Assembly (NCBI GenBank): GCA_965261885.1
Contig: CBDHDY010000043.1
Location: 103,417 to 167,416, forward strand
Length of the DNA: 64,000 nucleotides
Direction: 5' to 3'
Origin: Dehalococcoidia bacterium
GTDB lineage: Bacteria > Chloroflexota > Dehalococcoidia > Lucifugimonadales > UBA3495
The translations under genes and the position numbers were made by a program. Positions 28,217-38,515 of the stretch are shown piece by piece. How positions within the stretch are numbered: position 1 is the first letter of the stretch; every line of letters starts with the position of its first letter. The notes under the pieces were generated by a model that saw nothing but the letters and a program-made list of their open reading frames with translations, was not told the DNA's origin and did no database searches.

Positions 28217-29137
28217 ATGCGCATCGCGGTACCCGACCTGGTGTCCAACTCCTACTTCCCGGCGGTGGCCGCCGTGGATCTGGGGTTTTTCGAGGCCCAG
28301 GGAATAGACCTGGAGCTGGAGATGGTCTTCCCGGTGGGCCGGGCCATGGAAGCGTTGCGGGACGGCAGCGTCGACTTCGTTGCTGGTCCTGCCCACGCCA
28401 CACTGTCGGCCTTCCCCGGCTGGCAGGGCGCCAAGCTTCTTGCCGCCCTGTCCCAGCATACCTTCTGGGTGCTGGTGTTGCGTGCCAGCCTGGGCGTCCG
28501 GCCCGGAGACGTTGCGGCGCTCAAGGGCCTGCGTATTGGAGCGGCCCCCGGGCCCGACGCCGCACTGCGCCGGTTGCTGGCCGAGGCGGGCATAGACCCG
28601 GCGCAGGACGTGGTGATAGCTCCGGTGCCCGGCAGCGGCGAGCCGGGCGTGTCCTTCGGCGTCCATGTCGCGCAGGCCCTGGAGGAGGGAGTGATCGACG
28701 GGTTCTGGGCCAACGCCATGGGAGCCGAAGTGGCAGTGCGAAGCGGGATAGGCAGCGTGGTGCTTGACCCTCGGCAGGGTCTCGGTCCGCCGACTGCGAG
28801 GGACTATACCTTTGCGGCGCTGGTCACCACCGACAGGCTGATTGAAGAATCCCCAGCCACAGCGGAGGGAGCGGTGCGGGCCGTCGTGGCGGCGCAACGA
28901 GCGCTGCGGGCCGATCCGTCCCTGGCTGCCGAGGTCGGCCAACGGCTGTTCCCGCCTGACGAGGCTGCCTTGATTGAGGACCTGGCGCGGCGGGACGCAC
29001 CCTATTACTCTGCCGACATTTCTCCGGACTCTGTGGCCAGCCTCAATGAGTTCTGCCGGAATATGGGCTGGCTCTCCGGCGACGTGGCTTATGAGCAAGT
29101 GGTGGCCAGCGGGTTTGCCCATCTCTGGACTGAGTAG
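28217..29137 (+). CDS. NMT1/THI5-like substrate-binding-fold protein, no signal peptide
   Basis: 306 aa starting MRIAVPDLVSNSYFPAVAAVDLGFFEAQGIDLELE. SD AGGAGA. Confidence 0.7.
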   Translation: MRIAVPDLVSNSYFPAVAAVDLGFFEAQGIDLELEMVFPVGRAMEALRDGSVDFVAGPAHATLSAFPGWQGAKLLAALSQHTFWVLVLRASLGVRPGDVAALKGLRIGAAPGPDAALRRLLAEAGIDPAQDVVIAPVPGSGEPGVSFGVHVAQALEEGVIDGFWANAMGAEVAVRSGIGSVVLDPRQGLGPPTARDYTFAALVTTDRLIEESPATAEGAVRAVVAAQRALRADPSLAAEVGQRLFPPDEAALIEDLARRDAPYYSADISPDSVASLNEFCRNMGWLSGDVAYEQVVASGFAHLWTE

Positions 29138-30139
29138 GTGCGTTTGATGAAAGTAGACATCAGGGTGCCCGTCGGGCTGCCGGTCAAGGAAACCGCGGAT
29201 TTCATCGCGGGATGTGAGGCCGCAGGGTTTTCAGGGGTCGGAGTCCATGACCATCAGCACAGCGGGCGGGACGTTTTCCTCACCCTTGCCCTGGCCGCGG
29301 AGCGGACCTCGCGGCTCGCCCTTTACCCTGCAACCACCAACCCGGTCACGCGGCATCCGATGGTCCTGGCGTCGCTGGCCCACTCGCTGGAGGAGATCGC
29401 GCCGGAGCGGGTACGCCTGACCGTGGGACCCGGCTACCTCGCCGTCGGCAACATCGGCAGGCCGCGGGCCACGGTGGAGGCCATGCGCCGGGCCGTCCTG
29501 ACCATGCGCCGCCTGCTGCGGGGCGAGCGAGTGGAGTTCAACGGGGTGGAAACCCGGCTGCGCAACCTGAGCGACAAGCCCACACCAATATTCATGACCG
29601 CCGCTGGCCCAAGGATGGTGGAATTGGCCGGGGAGGTTGCCGACGGCGTGCTGCTGCTTGTAGGCCTTCACCCCAAGGCCGTCGAAGCGGCCCGCCGCCG
29701 GCTGGAAATCGGAGCGGCACGGTCCGGACGCAGCCTCGACGGTTTCCAGACGATCTTCATCACCCCGACCACGGTGTCGGATGACGGGCCGGCTGCCCGT
29801 CGCTTTCCCCAGCAGTGGTTCCGGCCTGACCAGCCGTACCTGAAATATCCCAGCGATTCGAACCTCGTGTGGCTGCGGGAAGCTGGCATTGACCTGGCCG
29901 ACGATTTCGTCCCAGAGAGTATTGGAGATGCCCAGGCAGCCGAAATATGCGATGCCTTCGGTCTGTTCGGCACGTCCCGGGAATGTCTGGCCAGACTGAA
30001 GCGGGCCAGGGACGAATCGGGCATCGATCACGTTTTCATCTTTCCCACCCACACCCAGGAGGGTGGTTACGACATGCCGCAGGCCGAGGTGGACGCCTTC
30101 CGGGAGAAAATCATCCCGGGTCTGAGCGCCTTTTCCTAG
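29138..30139 (+). CDS. LLM-class flavin/F420-dependent oxidoreductase (paralog 2)
   Basis: 333 aa from the GTG at 29138; an alternative ATG is at 29147 (MKVDIRVP..). The TAG stop (30137-39) lies inside the CTAG flank of MITE-A. Confidence 0.85.
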   Translation: MRLMKVDIRVPVGLPVKETADFIAGCEAAGFSGVGVHDHQHSGRDVFLTLALAAERTSRLALYPATTNPVTRHPMVLASLAHSLEEIAPERVRLTVGPGYLAVGNIGRPRATVEAMRRAVLTMRRLLRGERVEFNGVETRLRNLSDKPTPIFMTAAGPRMVELAGEVADGVLLLVGLHPKAVEAARRRLEIGAARSGRSLDGFQTIFITPTTVSDDGPAARRFPQQWFRPDQPYLKYPSDSNLVWLREAGIDLADDFVPESIGDAQAAEICDAFGLFGTSRECLARLKRARDESGIDHVFIFPTHTQEGGYDMPQAEVDAFREKIIPGLSAFS

Positions 30140-30291
30140 CAGCCTGTCCGAGGATTAGATTTTGGAGACGAAAAGCGCCACTGTCTAATCGCATTGGTGA
30201 CTAATAGGCTCCAGTACACCAGTATTCTGAATAATTCACGTTATTAACGACGATATTCGCTTAGAACATTGTTTCTCGGACGGGCTGCTAG
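30136..30291 (+). mobile_element. MITE-A copy 1 (148-bp core plus CTAG on each side)
   Basis: TIRs CAGCCTGTCCGAG...CTCGGACGGGCTG. No ORF. Exact reverse complement of 61149-61304. Confidence 0.85.
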
Positions 30292-30620
30292 CGGTTCTCG
30301 AAGGGCTCTTGGTTGTTCGTAGCATTTGAGGGGCAACAGCAACATGAAGCTGAGCCATTCCCGGACTGCTTGTCCCGGACCGTTTCCGGGACGACAGTAG
30401 CGAGTCGACCGGACAGCAGCGGCACGTCCGAAAGGGGCGAGAGTTTCTTTCCCTTTACGGGACCAGACGCCGCCAGCGTCGCTTCGGTTCCGAGCCTGGA
30501 TTCCGGGCCTGTCTGGATGTTGGAATACCCCCGGGCCGTGCCGGCAATCACAGGGATGGGAACGGAAACAAACCAGGAAACGTCGCTTCCAATCTCCATA
30601 CAATCCCCCACTTTCAGCAC
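30288..30620 (-). CDS. hypothetical protein downstream of the DAO-type oxidase
   Basis: 110-aa ORF (or MEIGSDVSWFVSVPIPVIAGTARG.. from 30599). Its stop is the right-hand CTAG of MITE-A. No family recognised. Confidence 0.3.
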   Translation of the reverse strand: MLKVGDCMEIGSDVSWFVSVPIPVIAGTARGYSNIQTGPESRLGTEATLAASGPVKGKKLSPLSDVPLLSGRLATVVPETVRDKQSGNGSASCCCCPSNATNNQEPFENR

Positions 30621-30656
30621 CCCGACAAGTACATAGACGGGTGCAGGATGCGTCGA

Positions 30657-31871
30657 TTATTCATCCACAGCCTGGGCCGCGGGTAGGAAGTCGGCGTCGG
30701 CGAAATTCGAGAAGCGGTCCGGGAGGAATTCGGCCATGTCCGAGATGGCCTGGGTTGAGCCACGGCAGATGTAGTCGGCGATGATGCGGCCGGTGATGGG
30801 GCCAAGGTGGATGCCCTTGGTGGTGTGGCCGGTGGCCAGCAGAACGCCCTCCCAGCCGGGAACCGGTCCGATGATGGGTTTGCTGTCAGGGCTCAGGGGG
30901 CGGGAACCGGCAAGCTGCTGGACCAACTCGGCGCGCTCCAGGTCAGGAAAGACATCTATCGCCCGCCGAAGGAGTTCCAACCGGGCGGTCTCCGTGGGCT
31001 GCCGGTCGAACTCCTCGCCCCAGAAAAGCTCTTTTTGGTCGTAGTCCCGGCCGCCGGTGCTGCCGACGCTGGTGAAACCGTCGGTCCGGCTGATCATGTG
31101 ACCGCGCTTGGGGGAGCTGATCAGAACCGGAAGGGGTTCGCCGGGGTAGTTGAGCAGCAGGCGCTCCCCCTTCATGGGTCGGACGGGCACCGGGAACCCC
31201 AGCCAGGGAGTGAAAGCCCGGCTCCAGGTGCCGGCAGCCACCACCACCGCACCGCAGTGCATGTCCCCGGTGGCGGTCCTCACGCCCGAGATCGTGGTTC
31301 CGCTGGTGACAAGGCCGGTTACCTCCCGGTAGAGGATGCTGGCGCCCTTGAGTTCGGCGCCCCGGCCGAGGGCCAGGTTGAGGCGGTAGCTGTCCAACTG
31401 GGCGGACTCGTCCTCATACACGGCGCCGATGATGGAATGGGAAAGTCGGGGTTCGATGGCCCGCACTTCCCCTGCGTCAATCCAGCGCATCGTGACGTGA
31501 GGCTGCTGCCAGACCATCAGGCTCTTGATCAGTTCGGCCTCCTCATCGTCCAGGGCCAGCCGCAGGGAGGGACGACGCTGATAGAGCAGGTTCATACCCG
31601 TGTCGGATTCCAGCTCCGGGACGATCTGATGAAATTCTGAGTAGGAGGCCCGGGCCATTTCGAAAGACGCCCCGGGGGAGAATTCGGCGCCCAGCAGGCT
31701 GAGGGAGCCGGTGGCGTGAGCGGAGGCCCCGCTGCCGATGGCTTCCCGTTCCAGGAGGGTCACACTGACGCCCTCACGGGCCAGATACCAGGCGACCGAG
31801 CAGCCGACCACGCCGGCGCCAATGACAACTACGTCGGGACTCTCAGGCAAAGCTCTGCTCTCCAATGGCAT
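30657..31871 (-). CDS. FAD-dependent oxidoreductase (DAO / sarcosine-oxidase-beta-like)
   Basis: 404 aa with VVVIGAGVVGCSVAWYLAREGVSVTLLER. Confidence 0.85.
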   Translation of the reverse strand: MPLESRALPESPDVVVIGAGVVGCSVAWYLAREGVSVTLLEREAIGSGASAHATGSLSLLGAEFSPGASFEMARASYSEFHQIVPELESDTGMNLLYQRRPSLRLALDDEEAELIKSLMVWQQPHVTMRWIDAGEVRAIEPRLSHSIIGAVYEDESAQLDSYRLNLALGRGAELKGASILYREVTGLVTSGTTISGVRTATGDMHCGAVVVAAGTWSRAFTPWLGFPVPVRPMKGERLLLNYPGEPLPVLISSPKRGHMISRTDGFTSVGSTGGRDYDQKELFWGEEFDRQPTETARLELLRRAIDVFPDLERAELVQQLAGSRPLSPDSKPIIGPVPGWEGVLLATGHTTKGIHLGPITGRIIADYICRGSTQAISDMAEFLPDRFSNFADADFLPAAQAVDE

Positions 31872-31942
31872 TTTGAGGGATTTTCGTCGTGGGCCGCACG
31901 GGTGTCAATGGCGGTGCGCTATATCCACAGGGCATTTTGATT

Positions 31943-32073
31943 CTCCTTCCCTCTTCAGGGGAGGCCCTTCGGCAGGCTGAGGAGGCGTGGGGATGAAATC
32001 GCAGGTATCGGCACCTCTTAATGCTTCGGAGGTACGCCCCCACCGCAACCCTACCCCAAAGGGGAGAGGGAAC
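31943..32073 (+). repeat. structured intergenic repeat, copy d
   Basis: CTCCTTCCCTCTTCAGGGGAGG...GGAGGCGTGGGGATGAAATCGCaggtatcggcACCTCttaatgcttcGGAGGTaCGCCCCCACCgcaaCCCTACCCCaaaGGGGAGAGGGAAC. Confidence 0.75.
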
Positions 32074-32165
32074 TACTGAAAGACCCTGTCCATACCCGTG
32101 GCCCACTGGCCGGAGCCTTGGATACTCCCGTAAAATAAGCGCCAGCAAGCTGCAAAGGAGAGACC

Positions 32166-33035
32166 ATGACCAGCGTTGAATATAACCCGGCAGCCCGGTT
32201 CGGCGTCGAAATGTCCGACCGGGTCTACCTGGTACACGAGAGCGGCAGCCTGGAGGCCACCATCTATCAGCCCCAGGGCGAAGGGCCCTTCCCGGGTCTG
32301 CTCGACATTCACGGCGGCAGATGGTTCCTGAACGACCGCTCCAGTGACCGTCACATGAACCTGGCCCTGGCGGCCAGCGGCATAGTAGTCGTCGCGATAG
32401 ATTTCAGGTTGGCCCCTGACCATCCCTACCCGGCCCAGATCGCCGACGCGAACTATGCCACCCGCTGGATGAAGGCTCATGCCGGTGAGCTAAAGATAGA
32501 CCCGGCGTCGGTGGGGGCCATGGGCTGCTCCAGCGGAGGCCATACCGTCGCACTGAACGGGATGCGCCCCAGGGATCCTCGCTATGCGGCGATTCTGCTC
32601 CCCGAGGGAGAGGACGTTGACGCTTCGCTGCGCTTCATGCTGTGCTGCTGGCCCGTCCTTGATCCCTATGCCCGCTACGTCTGGGGCTGCGAAATCGGTG
32701 ACGAACGGTTCATCGGCCCGACCGAGTCTTACTTTGCGGAACCCGACAGCCTCCACGAAGGAAACCCCCAGGAGGCCCTGGACCGGGCAGAGGCAGTGGA
32801 GTTGCCCCCTGCGATTATCATCCAGGGAACAAACGACAACAACGTCCCCCTGTCCATTCCCCACAAGTTCGAGGCCTCTTACCGGGCCGCCGGAGGCCAC
32901 GTGGAGCTGGAGCTGTTCCCTGGGATGCCCCACCTCTTCGGCAATACGCCCGGGCCTGAATCCGATCGGGCCATCGATTTGATGAAGGGTTTTATCGCTC
33001 GGCAGCTGTCGCGGCCGGCGGTGGCACAGGTATAG
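32166..33035 (+). CDS. alpha/beta hydrolase fold-3 esterase
   Basis: 289 aa with HGGRWF and a GCSSGGH elbow. SD AAAGGAGAG. Confidence 0.85.
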   Translation: MTSVEYNPAARFGVEMSDRVYLVHESGSLEATIYQPQGEGPFPGLLDIHGGRWFLNDRSSDRHMNLALAASGIVVVAIDFRLAPDHPYPAQIADANYATRWMKAHAGELKIDPASVGAMGCSSGGHTVALNGMRPRDPRYAAILLPEGEDVDASLRFMLCCWPVLDPYARYVWGCEIGDERFIGPTESYFAEPDSLHEGNPQEALDRAEAVELPPAIIIQGTNDNNVPLSIPHKFEASYRAAGGHVELELFPGMPHLFGNTPGPESDRAIDLMKGFIARQLSRPAVAQV

Positions 33036-33107
33036 GGAGTTTGCAATCCGGCGCGCTGCCGGCAGATTTGATGTCGGGGTATTGAAGCGTAGTCCGTAAA
33101 AAGCGAA

Positions 33108-33131
33108 CAGGCGCGATGGTGGCCGCGCCTG
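33108..33131. terminator. bidirectional hairpin between convergent genes
   Basis: CAGGCGCG-atggtggc-CGCGCCTG, lying between stops at 33035 and 33156. Confidence 0.5.
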
Positions 33132-33155
33132 CTTCGTTCCGGATTCCCAGCTGGC

Positions 33156-35156
33156 TCAGCGGTCCGCGCCGTCTCCCACAAAGTGATCGTACTTCCGGCC
33201 CGCCAGGTCCACCACCTCTGGGACGTCCTCCTCCAACAGGTAGCCCTCGGCCACGAGGTCCATCGCGGCGCGGGTCACCTGCTCCAGGTAGTCCTCCCGT
33301 CCGGTGTAGCGTTCCTCGATGGATGCCCGCGGGTCGCCGGTGGACTCGCGCTCGGCCTGGGTCGCGGGCAAAGGGTGGGTCCATCCGGCAAGGCCGCCGG
33401 TGATGCCGATGAAGAGTTCGGGGTTGCCGATGCTCTCGTCGCGAAGGTTCCAGCCGGTGTAGGTGGCCACCGGGACTGTCAGGTCGGGCATGCGGATGCC
33501 GCCCAGTTCGTTGAAGGACTCGTCGAGGTCGGCCACCAGCGCCGGGAATTCCTCTCCCTCTTCGGCGGGCAACTTGGTGGTGCGTCCGAGGTGTGCCTCG
33601 GGGCCGTAGTCCAGCCTGATCGCCCTAGTGGTATGGGTTGGGACCTTCACGCCGGGGAGCTGGGCGAAGCGTTCCAGCAGCGTATGGGACTCCACTGCGC
33701 TGCCGTCGTCCAGGCTGGGATGGCGGCTGGCCGGAGGGTCTTCGCCTGTGGTTACCCAGCGGTCGAGGTTGTCCAGCGCCGCACGCAACAGGGGAGCGTA
33801 GTCCACGCTGTTGAGGGGAAGCTGTCCCCTGATCCCGTCACTGGCGCGGAACTCCAGCGGCGGGAACTCACCCGAGCCGTGCTGGCAACCGGCGAAGTGG
33901 TAGCGGCGGACCGATGGCGACTCCGGGGCGTCGGTCAGGGTCTCCAAATCGGTGTGGATCAGCGCGGCGTCGCCCCGCCAGTACTCGGCGGAGGTATTGG
34001 TGAACATGATCTTCGGCACCTTGCCCCGCCGCTCCAGGGCGTCGAGCAGAGAACCCTGGGCGCCGGTCATCGGGTCGGTCTGGGGAGTGTCGGTGAAGGG
34101 GAACATTTCCGGGATGATGTAGCAGACGTCCTTGGAAGGCTGTCCGAAGCGCATGTTGAACTCGCCGCGCATGCCGCCCGCCACGTGCGGGATGATCCCG
34201 TCGAGAGCCTGCCGGTCCTCCTCGTCCTCATTGATGCCGACGTGGATGTACTGGCGGAGGAAGCGGCCGCTCTGGGAGCGGCCCATGGCGTAGGCGTAGT
34301 CGATGGCCCCGGCGAGCGGGTTCCCCCGTCTCCCGTCAAAAGGGGCCGGGGCGTACTTCAGGAATGAGACCGCATCCCGCATGGCGACGAAGCCCAGCCC
34401 CACGATTCGGCTGCCGGTTGTGGTGTAAACCAACTGGTAAATCCTACCCGGCTCGAACCCGGAGGGCATGTAGATGTGGCTGTGCTGCGGCTCCACGTCC
34501 TCATCCTCGACGCGGACGAAAGACCACTGGCTGCGGTCGACGGGCGTGGCGGGACTGTTGGGCAGGTCCCGCACCGTCAGGGTGGCCTCGGCCTCCTCGG
34601 GGTCGGCGGCGGGATTGGGCAGGTGCTGCCGGTCTGCCAGCAGGAACACCTGGGTGGGTTCATTGCACTGGAACTGGCACATGATCTTGCCTGTCAGAGG
34701 GCCTTGGGGGCCGACAGCTTCCGGTGCCTGAAGTCCGACGAGTCCGGGAGTGGTCGGCACGTCTGCCTGCCAGCCGCCCCAGACCACCGTGTAGCCATGG
34801 CGCATCAGGTAGCCGTTGCCCGCGTCGAGAGGCGCGGTGGCGTCGGTAGGGATGGGGACGCTGTTCAGGGTAAGGGCGGTCTTGCGGCCCCGGTTTACCA
34901 CGTCGAACAGGATGCGGCGGTTGCCCCGGTCGATGTTCACCGGCTGGAGCATGGCGAAGTCCGCCGAAAACTGCACCCTGCCAGCGGAATTGCGGGGCGC
35001 CAGGTCCAGATCGGTTATGCCCTGATTCCGGGCGTGGGACGGGTCCACGGCGTAGTGGGCCGTGCCTTCCAGAAGCTCATACGCGCCCACGTCGCCGAAG
35101 CTCTCGCCGGACGCGAAGCTGGTGCGGCTGGTGATTTCCAGTTCGGTAAGTGCCAA
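33156..35156 (-). CDS. conserved hypothetical protein, probable alpha/beta-hydrolase-like domain
   Basis: 666 aa. TTG start with GGAGGT SD. Contains ..DYAYAMGRSQSGRFLRQYIHVG..; the family assignment is from memory of similar proteins annotated as alpha/beta hydrolase domain proteins and needs a search. Confidence 0.6.
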   Translation of the reverse strand: MALTELEITSRTSFASGESFGDVGAYELLEGTAHYAVDPSHARNQGITDLDLAPRNSAGRVQFSADFAMLQPVNIDRGNRRILFDVVNRGRKTALTLNSVPIPTDATAPLDAGNGYLMRHGYTVVWGGWQADVPTTPGLVGLQAPEAVGPQGPLTGKIMCQFQCNEPTQVFLLADRQHLPNPAADPEEAEATLTVRDLPNSPATPVDRSQWSFVRVEDEDVEPQHSHIYMPSGFEPGRIYQLVYTTTGSRIVGLGFVAMRDAVSFLKYAPAPFDGRRGNPLAGAIDYAYAMGRSQSGRFLRQYIHVGINEDEEDRQALDGIIPHVAGGMRGEFNMRFGQPSKDVCYIIPEMFPFTDTPQTDPMTGAQGSLLDALERRGKVPKIMFTNTSAEYWRGDAALIHTDLETLTDAPESPSVRRYHFAGCQHGSGEFPPLEFRASDGIRGQLPLNSVDYAPLLRAALDNLDRWVTTGEDPPASRHPSLDDGSAVESHTLLERFAQLPGVKVPTHTTRAIRLDYGPEAHLGRTTKLPAEEGEEFPALVADLDESFNELGGIRMPDLTVPVATYTGWNLRDESIGNPELFIGITGGLAGWTHPLPATQAERESTGDPRASIEERYTGREDYLEQVTRAAMDLVAEGYLLEEDVPEVVDLAGRKYDHFVGDGADR

Positions 35157-35309
35157 GATACCTCCGGCCGGCTGGCGACCAAACGCCAGTGGCCTTTCGT
35201 CAATCTCTGGTTGCCAGTATTCGAGGGAATTTTAGCACTTGCGGACTAACCGTGGCCGCGGTATTGGTTTAAGCAGGGCGACACGCCCTCTCCGCAGGCA
35301 TCGGCTACA

Positions 35310-36482
35310 ATGGCCCTGCCAGCCATTTATTCCCGAGTTGGAGGGACCTTGAGAATTGAAACCCTTGCCGTACACAGCGGTCGAAACGTCGACCCCGCCA
35401 CCGGCGCGGTCACTCCGCCGATACACATGTCGACAACCTTCGAGCGCGAGCCCGACGGCACATATCCAACCGGCTTCGTATACGGACGCTCCGGCAACCC
35501 CACCCGCGCGCTCCTGGAGGAGTGCATCAGGGACCTGGAGGGTGGAGAAGCCGCAGCCGCGTTTTCGTCCGGCGCCGCCGCCCTGGCAGCCGTGTTCCAG
35601 TCCCTGGCAGCCGGAGACCATGTGATCGCCCCGCAGGACCTCTACCACGGGACTGCGCTCCTGCTGCGGGAGCGGCTGGCCAGGTGGGGGCTTCACACTT
35701 CCTTCGTGGACATGACGAATATTGACGCCGTCAGTAAGGCAGTAACCCCGGCCACGAAGCTCATCCTGGTGGAGACCCCGTCCAACCCCCTGCTCAAGAT
35801 CACCGCCATCGCCAGGGTGGCGCAGCTGGCCCACGACAGGGGAATCGCCTGCGTCTGCGACAACACCTGGGCCACCCCGGTCCTGCAGCGTTGCCTCGAA
35901 CTGGGGGCAGACATGGTAGTGCACTCGACCACCAAGTACCTGGGAGGTCACGGCGACGTGACCGGGGGAGCAGTGGTCAGCGCTACCGACAGCGCCATGT
36001 TCCAGGAGATTCGCGCCATACAGAGGGACGCAGGCGCCGTTCCGTCGCCCTTTGACTGCTGGCTGATACTACGGGGAATTCGGACGCTGCCCTACCGGAT
36101 GCGGGCGCACTCGGAGAACACCGCCAGGGTGGCAGCCTTCTTGGACGACCACCCGGCAGTCCTGGAGACGTTCTACCCGGGGCTTCCGGGACACGACGGA
36201 CACGAGATCGCCCGCAGGCAAATGAGCATGTTCGGCGGAATGCTGTCCTTCCGGGTCCGGGGCGGGAGGCAGGCCGCCTTCGGGGTTGCGGCCCGCACGT
36301 TGCTGTTCACCCGGGCCACGAGCCTGGGCAGCTACGAAAGCCTGATTGAGCACCGGGCATCCATCGAGGGTCATGGCAGTTCCGCCCCAAGTTCCATCCC
36401 GGAGGACCTGCTGCGGGTGTCGGTGGGCCTGGAAAACGCCGATGACCTGATAGCAGACCTCGACCAGGCCCTGGAACAATGA
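35310..36482 (+). CDS. Cys/Met-metabolism PLP enzyme (cystathionine gamma-synthase/lyase family)
   Basis: 390 aa. PLP-lysine motif HSTTKYLGGHGD. Confidence 0.9.
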   Translation: MALPAIYSRVGGTLRIETLAVHSGRNVDPATGAVTPPIHMSTTFEREPDGTYPTGFVYGRSGNPTRALLEECIRDLEGGEAAAAFSSGAAALAAVFQSLAAGDHVIAPQDLYHGTALLLRERLARWGLHTSFVDMTNIDAVSKAVTPATKLILVETPSNPLLKITAIARVAQLAHDRGIACVCDNTWATPVLQRCLELGADMVVHSTTKYLGGHGDVTGGAVVSATDSAMFQEIRAIQRDAGAVPSPFDCWLILRGIRTLPYRMRAHSENTARVAAFLDDHPAVLETFYPGLPGHDGHEIARRQMSMFGGMLSFRVRGGRQAAFGVAARTLLFTRATSLGSYESLIEHRASIEGHGSSAPSSIPEDLLRVSVGLENADDLIADLDQALEQ

Positions 36483-37180
36483 ATGTGACTGACCCGGAGG
36501 AAAGCAGGGCGTTGCCGAGAGTACAGCACGGGAGGGCAGTTGGGGCACCTATCGCGGCGCCGGTGATCATCGCTGCGTTCATCTTCCTGGCGGCCTGCGG
36601 GGGAGAACAGCCCAGCAGTCCGGCCCAGCCACTGATCGATCCCCGACCGACGGCAACGTCCTTGATGTCCCCGACGGCCGGGCCCACGTGGCAACCATCG
36701 CCCTCCGCCGCATCGGCAGCAACGCCGGCCCCGCCGCCGGCAACAGAGGACGCTGCACCCACGACACTCCCTGCCCTGGAATCAGGCACGCCCCATGGAC
36801 TAACGATCTTCCAGGACAATTGTGCCGTATGCCACGGTGCGGGCGGAGAGGGACAACCAGACTGGCATCTGAAGAAACCGGACGGGATCCTGCCCGCGCC
36901 GCCCCTTAACGGAGACGGACACACCTGGCATCACGGGGACGGGACCCTCTACACCTACGTGAGCCGGGGAGGCAAGGCATACGAGTCCCCCGACATTCCG
37001 TCCTTCAAGAGCGGGATGCCCAGCTTCGGAGAGACTCTCACCCACGAGGATATAATCGCCGTAATCGAGTACGTGAAGAGCCTGTGGGGCGACAAGGTGT
37101 CGCAGGGGCTGGAGCTGTTGCTGCGGGAAACGCAGGCAGTGGTCAGCGAGAACGACCCCTTCCCGTCAGCGCCGCCTTAG
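36479..37180 (+). CDS. membrane-anchored (lipobox) c-type cytochrome
   Basis: 233 aa. Lipobox FLAAC, Pro-rich linker, heme site CAVCHG. Its start overlaps the upstream stop (ATGA). Confidence 0.8.
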   Translation: MNVTDPEESRALPRVQHGRAVGAPIAAPVIIAAFIFLAACGGEQPSSPAQPLIDPRPTATSLMSPTAGPTWQPSPSAASAATPAPPPATEDAAPTTLPALESGTPHGLTIFQDNCAVCHGAGGEGQPDWHLKKPDGILPAPPLNGDGHTWHHGDGTLYTYVSRGGKAYESPDIPSFKSGMPSFGETLTHEDIIAVIEYVKSLWGDKVSQGLELLLRETQAVVSENDPFPSAPP

Positions 37181-37291
37181 CGAAGGCCCAACGGGACTTG
37201 CGGGCACAGGCCGACAGAACTCTGAAGCCTCGACACGGCAACTCCTCTTCGCTATGGCAGGTGGGGCAGCAGTTCCTCAGAATCATCGCTA

Positions 37292-38290
37292 TTACAGGTG
37301 CGGGAGCAGTTCCTCCGAAATGAGTTGCAGGTACCCCAACTTGGCTGGAAACTCCTTGGGCAGATTCAAGCTGGCCAGCCCGATGTAGTCCAGACCCTCC
37401 TCTTCTTTGCATCGATTGATGATTTCGGCGCAGTCCTGCGGGCTTCCGGCCACCGCCCAATCGGGCAGGTCCCGCTGCCCTCCCAGTCCAAAATCCACCG
37501 TCGTGTTCTCCTGCATATTGAAGGAGCTGTACATGCCGGCTTTCTTGGCGGCCATTTCCCTGGCCTCGGTGATGGCCGTTTCACGGTCCTTGGCTATCGC
37601 TATCGAGCGATGAACGCCGATTCGCCCCGCGGGGTCCTTGCCCAGCTCTTCGAGGGCCTCCTTGTACTGGCGGGTCAGTAGGCTGATGTCCTGCCATCCG
37701 GGTTGCGGGCCGAGGATGACCCGGTCGGCAAGGGCGGCGGCTCTGCGCACCGCACCACGGCTCTGCGCCGCAATCCAGATTGGAGGATGCGGCTCCTGCA
37801 CGGGTGTCAGGGCCAGCCTGGCGTCATGCACCTGCCAGTGCCTCCCATCGTAGTTGACCTCCTCCCCGCTCCACAGCAGCTTCATCAGCTCGATGGACTC
37901 CTCGAACCGGCTCACCCGGTCTCTCCGGTTGGTCCCGAATGCAGAGAGCTCCGCTTGCCGGTAGCCCAGGCCCACTCCCAGAATGAACCGCCCGTTGCTG
38001 ATGTGGTCCAGCGTTACCGTCTGCTCGGCGATATCCACCGGGTTGTGGTAGGGGAGCAACAGAATGCCGGTCAGAAGCTGCAGGCCATCGGCGTCGGGAG
38101 CCAGCCGGGCCAGCGTCTGCATGGGCTGCATCCAGACTGTGGGATGGGATATGTAGTGCTGGGGCATGTAGATGACCGAAAACCCCAACGCCTTCGCGCG
38201 ACGGCATACCTCGGCGGCCTCTTCTACTTGCTGGTACATGGGCCGGTCGGGGTCTTCTAGGTAATCGCGAATGTAGAGTCCTACTTCCAT
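37292..38290 (-). CDS. LLM-class flavin-dependent oxidoreductase (paralog 3)
   Basis: I prefer ATG 38290 (MEVGLYIRDYLEDPDRPMY...GFSVIYMPQHY). The track start at 38503 adds 71 non-homologous residues. Confidence 0.8.
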   Translation of the reverse strand: MEVGLYIRDYLEDPDRPMYQQVEEAAEVCRRAKALGFSVIYMPQHYISHPTVWMQPMQTLARLAPDADGLQLLTGILLLPYHNPVDIAEQTVTLDHISNGRFILGVGLGYRQAELSAFGTNRRDRVSRFEESIELMKLLWSGEEVNYDGRHWQVHDARLALTPVQEPHPPIWIAAQSRGAVRRAAALADRVILGPQPGWQDISLLTRQYKEALEELGKDPAGRIGVHRSIAIAKDRETAITEAREMAAKKAGMYSSFNMQENTTVDFGLGGQRDLPDWAVAGSPQDCAEIINRCKEEEGLDYIGLASLNLPKEFPAKLGYLQLISEELLPHL

Positions 38291-38515
38291 GGGCCACCAC
38301 CAAAAATCTTGATATTCAACTGGGACGAATGACCACTCGCAGGCGGTCAGGGTTGGCCCGCCTGGGCGAAGGAGCTCTTCAGGCCGCCGTCGTTTTGTCC
38401 AAGCCTCGTCTTCGCCGTCCGGTCGTACGGGCCATCGCGTTGACCGCTGCCGCGACTGCCAATGGAAGGCTTGAGACCAGGGACGCTGTGCCAGCGTGCC
38501 CAACGGCCCAAGGCA

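Noticed and set aside
35157-35309. SAM or other riboswitch upstream of the Cys/Met PLP gene
   Set aside because: I could not find the conserved SAM-I/II core sequences or a terminator/antiterminator arrangement by eye. Only an Infernal scan could settle it.
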